Part shown: positions 13,283 to 27,532 of the stretch, piece by piece
Layout of the letters: every line of letters starts with the position of its first letter
Numbering within the stretch: the first letter of the stretch is position 1
Assembly (NCBI GenBank): GCA_002269645.1
Contig: NIVC01002991.1
Span: 62,922-126,921, forward strand
Reading direction: 5' to 3'
Source: Macrostomum lignano
Lineage: Eukaryota
DNA: 64,000 nt
Program-made: the position numbers and the translations under genes
The notes under the pieces: generated by a model
Told to the model about the DNA's origin: nothing
The model's input: the letters and a program-made list of their open reading frames with translations, nothing else
Database searches by the model: none

Positions 13283-14199
13283 ACGCTGTTCTTGTACCCT
13301 GAAAGAAGGGCGCAATCATATCAAAAAGCCTAAAAATCGCCCTTTTATGCTATTATTTTGCCAGTCACTTTTAAAGCAACTTTGCTTGGTCTTGCTTGGT
13401 CTTGTGTTCCATACCTTCATGAAGAAATCAATGTACGCAACACCTTAGCCAACAATGGACAAAGTGTGCCAGCAGGGGGAGGGCACTGCGGACTTTCCAC
13501 AACGCCTCCAGGCTCTGTGAGCGGCCTGGTGTTAAGGGGATTTATTTACAGACTACTCCGCCCACCACCCCTCTCCTAAAAAAACCAGCACGAACCCCGC
13601 TTGCAATATTGGATTAGACTAAATAGCCATTCAACAATCAGTTCGTGTAGGTGACAAGTCTTCCCAGCACACCTGCATAATATGAAGCTTTTTTTCAACC
13701 GAACTTCTTTAGCAAACACGAATTTCTATTGCAGGCATTGGCAAGTATTGAATATAAGTCAAATTGCCTGTGGGATCAATATTTACCCTGCAGACACTTC
13801 CCTTCCCAACTCGATAAGGCCACCGCAGCGGGAGGGTGAAGGGAGCGAGTAGCTCGAATGTTGAGTAATTATAAACTGAGGGAACAAACCAAACTTTTGG
13901 TAAAAAGTTCTGCATTTTCAAGTGAAATATTTCAATGTGAAAATTAACTGTATTTCTAATAGCATGATTAGTCGGATAGATTTGCAGCCTTGGTAACCCG
14001 AATTGGTTTGACACTCTCTTATCGAGATATTAATCTCCTTGTGGGTTTGCAGTTTGTTGTCTTAATCTTGAAATCGAAGGGGTCTGTCGTCACTGTTGGG
14101 AACAGAAAAATGAAGATTTAATCCGGCATTGTGAAAATTGGTTCCAGTGTAATGAAACAGCGATTAGTTTCCATCCTTGAACTGCCGATCTGCTGTGCT

Positions 14200-14785
14200 G
14201 TGTCTCATCTCCCTCCTCCCATCTGATCTCTCTCCTCCCATCTGATCTCCCTCCTTCCATCTCATCTCCCTCCTCCCATCTAATCTCCCTCCTCCCATCT
14301 AATCTCTCTCCTCCCATTTAATCTCCCTCCTTCCATCTCATCTCCCTCCTCCCATCTAATCTCCCTCCTTCCATCTGATCTCCCTCCTTCCATCTGATCT
14401 CCCTCCTTCCATCTGATCTCCCTCCTCCCATCTCATCTCCCTCCTTTCATCTGATCTACCTCCTTCCGTTTGATCTCCCTCCTTTCATATAATCTCTCTT
14501 CTTCCATTTAATTCCTCTCCTTTCATCTGATCTTCCTCGTTCCATCTGATCTCTCTCCTTTCATTTGATTTCTCTCTCCATCTAATCTCTCTCTCCTTCC
14601 ATCTAATCTCTCTCTCCTTCCATCTAATCTCTCTCTCCTTCCATCTAATCTCTCTCTCCTTCCATCTAATCTCTCTCTCCTTCCATCTAATCTCTCTCTC
14701 CTTCCATCTAACCTCTCTCTCTCCTGCCATCTAATCTCTCTCTTCTGATCTCTCTGATCTCTCTCCTTCTATCTAATCTCTCACC
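14200..14785. repeat. Pyrimidine-rich minisatellite, unit about 19-23 bp
   Basis: CCATCTAATCTCCCTCCT-type units. Confidence 0.9.
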
Positions 14786-15479
14786 TTGATTTCCGAGGAT
14801 TATCAAGATCAGCTCCTATAGCTTCCATTCCCCCCCCCCCTGTAGTTGGCCTGCGACTTTTGGTGTGCAGAAACGATCGATAAAACTTTGATGAGGCAGC
14901 ACACACACACACTCAAGCAACACACTCTGCCATGCAACCCAAAGGCTTCAATAAGTTTTGTGAACTCGATAGCGCGTGTCAAGAGCCGGTGCGGATGTAA
15001 TTAGTGACTGCCCAGGCTGCTCCGCTGTCCACTTGATTGTCTCTCCGAGTACGAGTGCCCCACCGCCGGCCGAAATGCGATCCCGGTTCCGCTCAGAGAC
15101 AGGAACAGATGGCCACGACTGTCTTGGCAAACAGGAACAACAAGATGATGCTTTGAGTGAAGCTGACGGAGTTTGGGGCCTTAACAGTATTATACACTAC
15201 TGTAGGTGAAATTACCCGAGACAATGCTAACCTTTGCCATTCATAGCCTGCCTGTTCCGTCACTGGTTGAGGCTTAACTTTTTAGGTTGAATCGACGGAT
15301 GTCTTGAAATAATGCTTTTAATAACTTATAGAGTTACATAAATATTATTAGATTAGTCATGCATTTGTGTGTCTCAAGAGCTTGGATCTCTTATCTTATC
15401 TTTTTATGTTTTATTCCACTCCATTTTTGCCTTTTTCAATATTTTCTCGCTCAAATCTCTGTTTTCTCGCCTTTACTCA

Positions 15480-17882
15480 CTCCACCCCCCTCTCTACTCT
15501 CCCCTCTCCCTACTCTCCCCCTCTCTCTACTCTCCACTTCTCTACTCTCCACCTCTCTCTACTCTCCACCTCTCTCTACTCTCCACCTCTCTATTCTCCC
15601 CTCTCTCTACTCTCCACCTCTCTCTACTCTCCACCTCTTTCTACTCTCCACCTCTCTCTACTCTCCACCTCTCTCTACTCTCCACCTCTCTCTACTCTCC
15701 ACTTCTCTACTCTCCACCTCTTTCTACTCTCCACCTCTCTCTACTCTCCACCTCTCTATTCTCCCCTCTCTCTACTCTCCACCTCTCTCTACTCTCCACC
15801 TCTTTCTACTCTCCACCTCTCTCTACTCTCCACCTCTCTCTACTCTCCACCTCTCTCTGCTCTCCACCTCTTTCTACTCTCCACCTCTCTCTACTCTCCA
15901 CCTCTCTCTACTCTCCACCTCTCTCTACTCTCCACCTCTCTACTCTCCCCCTCTCTCTACTCTCCACCTCTCTACTCTCCCCCTCTCTCTACTCTCCACC
16001 TCTCTCTACTCTCCACCTCTTTCTAGTCTCCACCTCTCTCTACTCTCCACCTCTCTGCTCTCCACCTCTCTGCTCTCCACCTCTCTGCTCTCCACCTCTC
16101 TGCTCTCCACCTCTCTGCTCTCCACCTCTCTGCTCTCCACCTCTCTGCTCTCCACCTCTCTGCTCTCCACCTCTCTGCTCTCCACCTCTCTCTACTCTCC
16201 ACCTCTCTCTACTCTCCACCTCTCTCTACTCTCCCCCTCTCTCTACTCTCCACTTCTCTACTCTCCACCTCTCTACTCTCCCCCTCTCTCTACTCTCCAC
16301 TTCTCTACTCTCCCCCTCTCTCTACTCTCCACCTCTCTACTCTCCCCCTCTCTCTACTCTTCACCTCTCTCTACTCTTCACCTCTCTCTACTCTCCACCT
16401 CTCTCTACTCTTCACCTCTCTCTACTCTCCCCCTCTCTCTACTCTCCACTTCTCTACTCTCCACCTCTCTACTCTCCCCCTCTCTCTACTCTCCACTTCT
16501 CTACTCTCCCCCTCTCTCTACTCTCCACCTCTCTACTCTCCCCCTCTCTCTACTCCTCACCTCTCTCTACTCTCCACCTCTCTCTACTCTCCACCTCTCT
16601 ACTCTCCCCCTCTCTCCACTCTCCACTTCTCTACTCTCCCCCTCTCTCTACTCTCCACCTCTCTACTCTCCCCCTCTCTCTACTCTTCACCTCTCTCTAC
16701 TCTCCACCTCTCTCTACTCTCCACCTCTTTCTAGTCTCCACCTCTCTCTACTCTCCACCTCTCTGCTCTCCACCTCTCTGCTCTCCACCTCTCTGCTCTC
16801 CACCTCTCTGCTCTCCACCTCTCTGCTCTCCACCTCTCTGCTCTCCACCTCTCTCTACTCTTCACCTCTCTCTACTCTCCCCCTCTCTCTGCTCTCCACC
16901 TCTCTCTACTCTTCACCTCTCTACTCTCCACCTCTCTCTACTCTTCACCTCTCTCTACTCTCCCCCTCTCTCTACTCTCCACTTCTCTACTCTTCACCTC
17001 TCTACTCTCCCCCTCTCTCTACTCTCCACTTCTCTACTCTCCCCCTCTCTCTACTCTCCACCTCTCTACTCTCCCCCTCTCTCTACTCTTCACCTCTCTC
17101 TACTCTTCACCTCTCTCTACTCTCCCCCTCTCTCTACTCTTCACCTCTCTCTACTGTCCACCTCTTTCTACTCTCCACCTCTCTCTACTCTCCACCTCTC
17201 TCTACTCTCCACCTCTCTACTCTCCCCCTCTCTCTACTCTCCCCCTCTCTCTACTCTTCACCTCTCTCTACTCTCCCCCTCTCTCTACTCTCCACCTCTC
17301 TACTCTCCCCTCTCTCTACTCTCCACCTCTCTACTCTCCCCTCTCTCTACTCTCCACCTCTCTACTCTCCCCCTCTCTATACTCTCCACCTCTCTTTACT
17401 CTCCACCTCTCTTACTCTCCCCCTCTCTCTACTCTTCACCTCTCTCTACTCTCCCCCTCTCTCTACTCTCCACCTCTCTACTCTCCACCTCTCTCTACTC
17501 TCCACCTCTCTCTACTCTCCACCTCTCTACTCTCCCTCTCTCTCTACTCTTCACCTCTCTCTACTCTCCCCCTCTCTCTACTCTCCACCTCTTTACTCTC
17601 CCCCTCTCTCTACTCTCCACCTCTTTCTAGTCTCCACCTCTCTCTATTCTCCACCTTTCTGCTCTCCACCTCTCTGCTCTCCACCTCTCTACTCTCCACC
17701 TCTCTCTACTCTCCACCTCTCTCTACTCTCCACCTCTCTGCTCTCCACCTCTCTACTCTCCACCTCTCTCTACTCTCCACCTCTCTCTACTCTCCACCTC
17801 TCTCTACTCTCCACCTCTCTCTACTCTCCACCTCTCTCTACTCTCCACTTCTCTATTCTCCACCTCTTTACTCTTCACCTCT
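15480..17882. repeat. CT-rich 15-17 bp satellite with higher-order duplications
   Basis: CTCTCTCTACTCTCCAC units. The rare variant TTCTAGTCTCC recurs at 16021, 16729 and 17625. It explains the 858-aa and 753-aa ORFs. Confidence 0.95.
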
Positions 17883-18699
17883 CGCACAGAGCGCACACAT
17901 TAGTACATATAGCTCACTTTTTGAGCAGTTTCTGAGTAGATTTCGCTACTTTCTACACATTTACGTTTCAGTGCCCATTTGCCCCAGAGAATTTGGACAA
18001 TATGTTCCAGCTCCAGTTATGAGAGATCTATTTAACAGTCTGCTGAATGCTAAATTTCTTTTTAATATTTTCATTTTTTTAAAAAGGCCCTAAAGGCCCC
18101 TCTCTCTTGTGTTCTCTGATTGTTGTGGAGGCCCTGCGCCTTGCCTGTCTGTGTGCACAGCCGAAATCCCTGGCCTCGGGGCGAATAGGCAGACAGACAG
18201 ACAGAGAGACAGACAGACAAGCAGACAGAGTGTCCACTAGCTGGGTGTTTGCCGGAGCCACTTAGCACCTCGGGCGGCGGATGCTGAGGATGAGGAACCG
18301 CTAGCGAGTTTCTCTTTTCAGTCCCCAGAAAACCGGGCGCCCAGCTTGAGTTTGCTCAGCTCCGGCGTGGGAGAATTTCCCCCAGATTGCTGTTCGGCTT
18401 TTAGCTCGAGTATTACTATGATGAAGGAGAGAGAAGATTCTGGGAGTTGGTAGGGAGGAGAGAAAGTGGCCAGAGGCTACTCAAAGAAAATGTGCAACCT
18501 GCTACTTACTCACGGACAAACAGGGTGGTTGCGGTGGCTGCCAGCACTGAGCTGGGGGCTCCAATGGTTTGCTGTTTGCTCTGGCATCTGGCGCCGCAAT
18601 AAGGGCGAGTATTGAGGGTTGCTAAGGCTGTCTGCGATGGCGAGCTGTGGGTCTGAGTGCGCGGCTAGAGACGGCGAGACGGGGATGAAGGAGGGAGAT

Positions 18700-20645
18700 T
18701 TAGAGGTAAAATTGACTGAGATAGAGAAGTGAGATGGAGTGAGATACAGAGGTGGGATGGAGTGAGATACAGAGGTGACATGGAGTGAGATAGAGAGGTG
18801 GGATGGAGTGAGATAGAGAGGTGAGACTGAGTGAGATACAGAGGTGAGATGGAGTTAGATACAGAGGTGAGATGGAGTGAGATACAGAGGTGAGATGGAG
18901 TGAGATACAGAGGTGAGATGGAGTGAGATAGAGAGGTGGGATGGAGTGAGATAGAGAGGTGAATTGGAGTGAGATACAGAGGTGGGATGGAGTGAGATAG
19001 AGAGGTGGATTGGAGTGAGATAGAGAGGTGAGATGAAGTGAGATAGAGAGGTGAGATGGAGTGAGATACAGAGGTGAGATGCACAGAGGGGGAGTTGAGA
19101 ATGGAGTGAGATAGAGAGGTGAGCTGAAGTGAGATAGAGAGGTGAGATGGAGTGAGATAGAGAGGTGAGCTGCACAGGGGGGAGTTGAGAATGGAGTGAG
19201 ATAGAGAGGTGAGCTGAAGTGAGATAGAGAGGTGAGATCGAGTGAGATCGAGAGGTGAGCTGCACAGAGGGGGAGTTGAGAATGGAGTGAGATAGAGAGG
19301 TGAGCTGAAGTGAGATAGAGAGGTGAGATGGAGTGAGATAGAGAGGTGAGCTGCACAGAGGGGGAGTTAAGAATGGAGTGAGATAGAGAGGTGAGCTGAA
19401 GTGAGATAGAGAGGTGAGATGGAGTGAGATACAGAGGTGAGATGCACAGAGGGGGAGTTGAGAATGGTGTGAGATAGAGAGGTGAGCTGCACAGAGGGGG
19501 AGTTGAGAATAGAGTGAGATAGAGAGGTGAGATGCACAGAGGGGGAGTTGAGAATGGAGTGAGATAGAGAGGTGAGCTGCACAGAGGGGGAGTTGAGAAT
19601 GGTGTGAGATAGAGAGGTGAGATGCACAGAGGGGGAGTTAAGAATGGTGTGAGATAGAGAAGTGAGCTGCACAGAGGGGGAGTTGAGAATGGAGTGAGAT
19701 AGAGAGGTGAGATGCACAGAGGGGGAGTTGAGAATGGTGTGAGATAGAGAGGTGAGATGGAGTGAGATACAGAGGTGAGATGCACAGAGGGGGAGTTGAG
19801 AATGGAGTGAGATAGAGAGGTGAGCTGAAGTGAGATAGAGAGGTGAGATCGAGTGAGATCGAGAGGTGAGCTGCACAGAGGGGGAGTTGAGAATAGAGTG
19901 AGATAGAGAGGTGAGATGCACAGAGGGGGAGTTGAGAATGGTGTGAGATAGAGAGGTGAGATGGAGTGAGATCGAGAGGTGAGCTGCACAGAGGGGGAGT
20001 TGAGAATGGAGTGAGATAGAGAGGTGAGCTGAAGTGAGATAGAGAGGTGAGATCGAGTGAGATCGAGAGGTGAGCTGCACAGAGGGGGAGTTGAGAATAG
20101 AGTGAGATAGAGAGGTGAGATGCACAGAGGGGGAGTTGAGATGGTGTGAGATAGAGAGGTGAGCTGCACAGAGGGGGAGTTGAGAATGGTGTGAGATAGA
20201 GAGGTGAGATACACAGAGGGGGAGTTGAGAATAGAATGAGATAGAGAGGTGAGATGCACAGAGGGGGAGTTGAGAATGGTGTGAGATAGAGAGGTGAGAT
20301 ACACAGAGGAGGAGTTGAGAATAGAATGAGATAGAGAGGTGAGATGCACAGAGGGGGAGTTGAGAATGGAGTGAGATAGAGAGGTGAGATGCACAGAGGG
20401 GGAGTTGAGAATGGAGTGAGATAGAGAGGTGAGATGCACAGAGGAGGAGTTGAGATGGAGTGAGATAGAGAGGTGAGATGCACAGAGGGGGAGTTGAGAA
20501 TGGAGTGAGATAGAGAGGTGAGATGCACAGAGGGGGAGTTGAGAATGGAGTGAGATAGAGAAATGAGATACACAGAGGGGGAGTTGAGAATAGAGTGAGA
20601 TAGAGAGGTGAGATGCACAGAGGGGGAGTTGAGAATGGTGTGCAT
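18700..20645. repeat. GA-rich compound minisatellite
   Basis: GAGTGAGATAGAGAGGTGAGATG units alternating with CACAGAGGGGGAGTTGAGAATG. Confidence 0.95.
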
Positions 20646-21227
20646 ACAGAGACTGAGATTGTGAAAGCGAAGGCCATAGGTGCAATATTCAATATCTCGA
20701 TGCCGCTATGCCAAGGCTGTTGTGGCCCAGCGCAACTCAAGTTCAAACAGTAATTAGGCCGTTGGCTTATCAGTATATTTAGATTTTCAAATCTCAAACA
20801 CTGCAGAGAATCAGACAGACCTGTCATCAGTTCCCAGCAGTCCGCCGCATGTCCCATCAGGGGATTGTGGGAATTTTTAATCCTCTTTCCGCCCGTCCCC
20901 ATCCCCATTACAATCTTGGCCGTCATTATGTCCCAAACGGCATAAGGCTAATTGTCCCTTCTGTGCGTTGGCCGGAGTTTCATATCGCAATCAAGCATTT
21001 GGTCAGGCCGGCAGTCGTTATAAATCTCTGTGGGACAAGTGGAGGAGCATCTCGTCACGCCGCGGCTGAAGGTGGGTGGACAGCATGGGGAGAGCTCTCC
21101 CAAGGTTTAGGGAGCTCATGATTTGCAGATATGCATCAGATCTATTTCGCAAGGTATCCGCTGACAGACCTATAGAGCGTTCCCCTTTGCATGCATTGTC
21201 GATGATAAATTTAAGGTAGATTTCACT

Positions 21228-22820
21228 ACTCGAGTCTCTCCATGATCAATCTCCCCCTTCTCCCGAGTCTCTCCAGATCAATCTCCCCCTTCTCCTGAGT
21301 CTCTCCAGATCAATCTCCCCCTTCTCCTGAGTCTCTCCATGATCAATCTCCCCCTTCTCCTGAGTCTCTCCAGATCAATCTCACCCTTCTCCTGAGTCTC
21401 TCCATGATCAATCTCCCCCTTCTCCCGAGTCTCTCCAGATCAATCTCCCCCTTCTCCTGAGTCTCTCCAGATCAATCTCCCCCTTCTCCTGAGTCTCTCC
21501 ATGATCAATCTCCCCCTTCTCCTGAGTCTCTCCAGATCAATCTCCCCCTTCTCCTGAGTCTCTCCATGATCAATCTCCCCCTTCTCCCGAGTCTCTCCAG
21601 ATCAATCTCCCCCTTCTCCTGAGTCTCTCCAGATCAATCTCCCCCTTCTCCTGAGTCTCTCCATGATCAATCTCCCCCTTCTCCTGAGTCTCTCCAGATC
21701 AATCTCACCCTTCTCCTGAGTCTCTCCATGATCAATCTCCCCCTTCTCCTGAGTCTCTCCATGATCAATCTCCCCCTTCTCCTGAGTCTCTCTAGATCAA
21801 TCTCACCCTTCTCCCGAGTATCTCCATGATCAATCTCCCCCTTCTCCTGAGTCTCTCCAGATCAATCTCACCCTTCTCCTGAGTCTCTCCAGATCAATCT
21901 CCCCCTTCTCCCGAGTCTCTCCAGATCAATCTCCCCCTTCTCCTGAGTCTCTCCAGATCAATCTCACCTTCTCCTGAGTCTCTCTAGATCAATCTCACCC
22001 TTCTCCCGAGTATCTCCATGATCAATCTCGCCCTTCTCCCGAGTATCTCCATGATCAATCTCCCCCTTCTCCTGAGTCTCTCCAGATCAATCTCACCCTT
22101 CTCCTGAGTCTCTCCAGATCAATCTCCCCCTTCTCCTGAGTCTCTCCAGATCAATCTCCCCCTTCTCCTGAGTCTCTCCAGATCAATCTCACCTTTCTCC
22201 CGAGTATCTCCATGATCAATCTCGCCCTTCTCCTGAGTCTCTCCGTGATCAATCTCACCCTCAGACCTCCCCTAAATCTCTCCAGATCAATCTCACCCTC
22301 AGACCTCTCCTAAATCTCTCCAGATCAATCTCACCCTCAGCCCTCCTCCTGAGGTCCTCCAATCTCACCCTTAGGCCCTCAGCCCTAAATCTCTCCAGAT
22401 CATTCTCACCCTCAGACCTCCCCTAAATCTCTCCAGATCAATCTCACCCTCAGACCTCTCCTAAATCTCTCCAGATCAATCTCACCCTCAGCCCTCCTCC
22501 TGAGGTCCTCCAATCTCACCCTTAGGCCCTCAGCCCTAAATCTCTCCAGATCATTCTCACCCTCAGACCTCCCCTAAATCTCTCCAGATCATTCTCACCC
22601 TCAGACCTCCCCCTAAATCTCTCCAGATCAATCTCACCCTCAGACCTCCCCTAAATCTCTCCAGATCAATCTCACCCTCAGACCTCCCCTAAATCTCTCC
22701 AGATCAATCTCACCCTCAGACCTCCCCTAAATCTCTCCAGATCAATCTCACCCTCAGACCTCCCCTAAATCTCTCCAGATCAATCTCACCCTCAGACCTC
22801 CCCTAAATCTCTCCAGATCG
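21228..22820. repeat. Pyrimidine-rich minisatellite with two unit types
   Basis: GATCAATCTCCCCCTTCTCCTGAGTCTCTCCA units to about 22250, then GATCAATCTCACCCTCAGACCTCCCCTAAATCTCTCCA. Confidence 0.95.
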
Positions 22821-23544
22821 TAAACACTGAGTCGGTGGATCACGTGATCATTATTGTTGACTCAATATTGCAATTCACCTGAATCACCCCCCATGGTTAT
22901 GGGATCATTTTTTGCAAAACTCAAACAAAAGAAACTCGGCATGATTCCCAAATGTCGCCGCAGTCTTGGATACCGCGTGGGTCGCACAGCAGGACCGGAT
23001 GATGATAAAGTGCAAATTGCAGGCCAAGCTCTTGGAGGCTACCAACTATCTAATAGAGTCTGAGATATGGTGCTCTCTGGGCCGTGAAAATGGGAAATAT
23101 TCTTGTTGGCATGCGAAGCGCACAAAATGGGGAGTTGAAAGACCCGGATACTCCCCAGTGTCCTGTGACTTCTTCCTCAGATCTACAGGAGATAATTGCT
23201 CACAGATGTTGACCCCTTCAATCTGCAATTTAATACTCAAAGTTGATGAGGCGAGGGGTCATTATAAAGCAGAAGAAAGTGAGACTCCTTGATCCTGAGC
23301 ACCCAAACAAGTATTGAATATTGCCGGTCAGTATCCGAGTCTTTTTGAGTCCAATATAATCGACCTGTCCATCAAAGGTCGCAGCGGGATTTCGCAACCT
23401 AAACAGGACCGAGGAGCCAGGCGAGCTGGGAGTCTTTATTCGGTGCACCGGGGGTTTGTGCAGCCTGCAGCTTGCCGGCAACAGGCGAGGGGCTCGCTGA
23501 GACTCATCGACCGAAAGGGAGGCCTGGAGGAAGAGATGAGAAAG

Positions 23545-24065
23545 AGGGGTAGAGAGCGATAAGAGAGAGGGGGTAGAGAGCGATAAGAGAGAAGGGTAGA
23601 GAGCGATAAGAGAGAGGGGTAGAGAGCGATAAGAGAGAGGGGTAGAGAGCGATAAGAGAGAGGGGTAGAGAGCGATAAGAGAGAGGGGGTAGAGAGCGAT
23701 AAGAGAGAGGGGTAGAGAGCGATAAGAGAGAGGGGTAGAGAGCGATAAGAGAGAGGGGGTAGAGAGCGATAAGAGAGAGGGGTAGAGAGCGATAAGAGAG
23801 AGGGGTAGAGAGCGATAAGAGAGAGGGGGTAGAGAGCGATAAGAGAGAGGGGTAGAGAGCGATAAGAGAGAGGGGTAGAGAGCGATAAGAGAGAGGGGTA
23901 GAGAGCGATAAGAGAGAGGGGTAGAGAGCGATAAGAGAGAGGGGTAGAGAGCAATAAGAGAGAGAGGGGTATGAGAGCGATAAGCGAGAGGGATAGAGAG
24001 CGATAAGAGAGAGGGGTAGAGAGCGATAAGAGAGAGGGGTAGAGAGCGATAAGAGTCAAGAGAGA
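23545..24065. repeat. GA-rich minisatellite, unit about 23-25 bp
   Basis: GGGGTAGAGAGCGATAAGAGAGA units, about 21 copies. Confidence 0.95.
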
Positions 24066-24439
24066 GGGGTACAGACAGGGTACAGACAGGGTACAGCGCG
24101 TCTCATACTAAAGAACTATAGCCCGCAATATCATGCAGAAACAGGATAATGTCAAAGGAGACTTAAAAACCAGAGCAGCAAAAGGGAATTAATTTGCAGA
24201 GTAGATTTCTTGCTCAGTTTATATAATACTATTCAAAGTTGGACAATCAAATTCTAGGACATGGCATGAAAATCTTCCGTGAGCTCCTATGTATGAACAC
24301 AACGGTGTATAATATTATAGTTGTCACACCTGCTCTGCATGCAAGTATCAGCATTCATATTGGGCCAAACAAACAGTAGGCGACAATAGACTTCGCTTTC
24401 TGCACCAATTATACTAATTATAGAATTGAATATTAGCAA

Positions 24440-25500
24440 TCAGCGCCCCCCGTTGGGGAGCCAAAAAATACAGCACAAGTTTTTTTAATAAACTACATAT
24501 AAGCGTCTCTTTGCATTATACCTCAGCAACCCCTTGTAAGCCTTGACATGCCAGCAATTCCTCCCCCCCCCCCACAAGCCTTAGCATATCAACTCCCCCT
24601 TGACATCTTAGCAATTCCCCCCATAAGCCTTGAAATCTTAAAAAATCTGTTAACCTTCTAAACCTAACCCTAACCCTAACCCTAAAGCATTGACATTTCA
24701 GTAATTCTCTCCGAGAGTCATTATAGCACTACAGCATTATAGCGATTCCCTGCAAGCCTCGACATCGTAGGGATTCCCAAATGAATCTCTTAACTTCGAC
24801 ATGAAGCTTCTTTTATTTTTTACATTACACTTTATCTATCAGCGATCCTTCCCGTGAAGAGCCAATAAATAATGAAAACATTTTTCAATAAACTACATCA
24901 TCTACATGTAGCTTGTGAATTTAGCCTTGACATCTCGGTTATTCCCCCGTGAGCCTTGACATCTCAGCTATTCCCCCCGTAAGCCTTGTCATGTTAGCGA
25001 TGCCCCCCATAAACCTTGATATCTTAAAAATCCCCTGTTAATCTTGAAACCCGCTAAAATCTAACCATCAACCCAAACCTGACCTAAACCTAACTTTAAC
25101 CCAACCTAAAGCCTTAAATCTCAGCAATTCTTCTCCCCTAAGCCTTGACATTTTAGTGATTCCTTATTTAAGAATCACAGCACCATAGCGATTCCCTCCA
25201 AGCCTTGGCATCGAAGCAATTCCCAAATGAATCTTTTAACTTTGACATAATGACTCTTCTTTTATGTATACATAGTGCTTCTTTTCTTTTTTACATGACT
25301 CTTCTTCTATCAGCGCCCCCTCCCCCGTAGCGAGCCAACAAAGAATGTAATAAAAAATTAAGTAAACTACATGTACTTTGAAGTAGCTTCTGACGTTTGC
25401 TACTTTGCTTCTCTGGCATCTCAGAAACCGCCTCCCCAAAATCTCAGTTATTCTCCGTGAGCCTTGACATCTTAGTAATTCTCCCCAGCACAGCACAATA
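24440..25500. repeat. Diverged tandem triplication containing telomere-like (CCCTAA)3
   Basis: Motif order CAGCG(C/A)-CCC...GAGCCAA...TAAACTACAT...GCCTTGACAT recurs at about 24440, 24840 and 25310. CCCTAA x3 at 24668-24685. Confidence 0.7.
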
Positions 25501-25539
25501 GCTTCTTTTAATTTTTACATGACACTTCTTTCATGTCTG

Positions 25540-27532
25540 ACATGACGCTTCTTTTATTCTTCCATGACGCTTCTATGATTTCTCAAATGACACTTCCATT
25601 AGTTTTTATATGAGGCTTCTATGATCTTTTGATGACGCTTCTATGATTGTTTACATGACGCTTCTATGATTGTTTGCATGACGCTTTTATGATTTTTACA
25701 TGACGCTTCTATAATTGTTTGCATGACGCTTCTATGATTTTTACATGACGATTCTATGATTGTTTACATGACGCTTCTATGATTGTTTACATGACGCTTC
25801 TATGATTTTTTCATGACGCTTTTATGATTGTTTACATGACGCTTCTATGATTTTTACATGACGCTTCTATGATTGCTACAAGACGCTTCTATGATTTTTT
25901 GCATGACGCTTCTATGATTTTTTCATGTCGCTTCTATGATTTTACATGACGCTTCTATGATTGTTTACAAGACGCTTCTATAATTTTTTACATGACGCTT
26001 CTATGATTGTTTACATGACGCTTCTATGATTTTTTTACATGACGCTTCTATGATTGTTTACATGACGCTTCTATGATTTTTTACATGACGCTTCTATGAT
26101 TGTTTACATGACGCTTCTATGATTGTTTACATGACGCTTCTATGATTTTTACATGACGCTTCTATGATTTTTTTCATGACGCTTCTATGATTTTTACATG
26201 ACGCTTCTACGATTGTTTGCCTGACGCTTCTATGATTGTTTGCATGACGCTTCTATGATTGTTTACATGACGCTTCTATGATTTTTACATGACGCTTCTA
26301 TGATTGTTTACATGACGCTTCTATGATTGTTTATATGACGCTTCTTTGATTTTTACATGACGCTTCTATGATTGTTTACATGACGCTTCTATGATTTTTT
26401 ACATGACGCTTCTATGATTGTTTACATGACGCTTCTATGATTGTTTACATGACGCTTCTATGATTTTTTTAAAAGACGCTTCTATGATTTTTACATGACG
26501 CTTCTATGATTTTTACATGACGCTTCTATGATTTTTTACATGACGCTTTTATTATTTTTACATGACGCTTCTATGATTTTTTCATGACGCTCTTATGATT
26601 GTTTACATGACGCTTCTATGATTGTTTACATGACGCTTCCATGATTGTTTACATGACGCTTCAGTGATTGTTTACATGACGCTTCTATGATTTTTTACAT
26701 GACGCTTCTATGATTGTTTACATGACGCTTCAGTGATTGTTTACATGACGCTTCTATGATTTTTTACATGACGCTTTTATGATTGTTTACATGACGCTTC
26801 AGTGATTGTTTACATGACGCTTCTATGATTGTTTATATGACGCTTCGATGATTTTTTACATGACGCTTCTATGATTGTTTATATGACGCTTCTATGATTT
26901 TTTTAAATGACGCTTCAATGATTGTTTATATGACGCTTCTATGATTTTTTTAAATGACGCTTCTATGATTGTTTACATGACGCTTCTATGATTTTTTACA
27001 TGACGCTTTTATGATTGTTTACATGACGCTTCAGTGATTGTTTATATGACGCTTCGATGATTTTTTACATGACGCTTCTATGATTGTTTACATGACGCTT
27101 CTATGATTGTTTACATGACGCTTCTATGATTGTTTATATGACGCTTCTATGATTTTTTCATGACGCTTTTATGATTTTTACCTGACGCTTCTATGATTGT
27201 TTACATGACGCTTCAATGATTGTTTACATGACGCTTCTATGATTTTTTCATGACGCTTTTATGATTTTTACATGACGCTTTAATGATTGTTTACATGACG
27301 CTTCTATGATTGTTTATATGACGCTTCTTTGATTTTTACATGACGCTTCTATGATTGTTTGCATGACGCTTCTATGATTTTTTACATGACGCTCCTATGA
27401 TTGTTTACATGACGCTTCTATGATTGTTTACATGACGCTTCTATGATTTTTTTAAAAGACGCTTCTATGATTTTTACATGACGCTTTTATGATTTTTGAC
27501 ATGACGCTTCTATGATTTTTACATGACGCTTC
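25540..27532. repeat. 23-24 bp AT-rich minisatellite
   Basis: CATGACGCTTCTATGATTGTTTA or ...ATTTTTTA, about 85 copies. Confidence 0.95.

Noticed and set aside
15359-20926. ORFs of 858, 753, 661 and 519 aa
   Set aside because: Pyrimidine-rich strands of satellites rarely contain stops. They are open in several frames at once with Leu/Ser/Pro/Thr-only composition.
22854-23481. Short ORFs in a unique island (108 aa and others)
   Set aside because: No recognisable domain or consistent splice structure; similarly for 6548-6951, 45756-45950 and 47140-47604.
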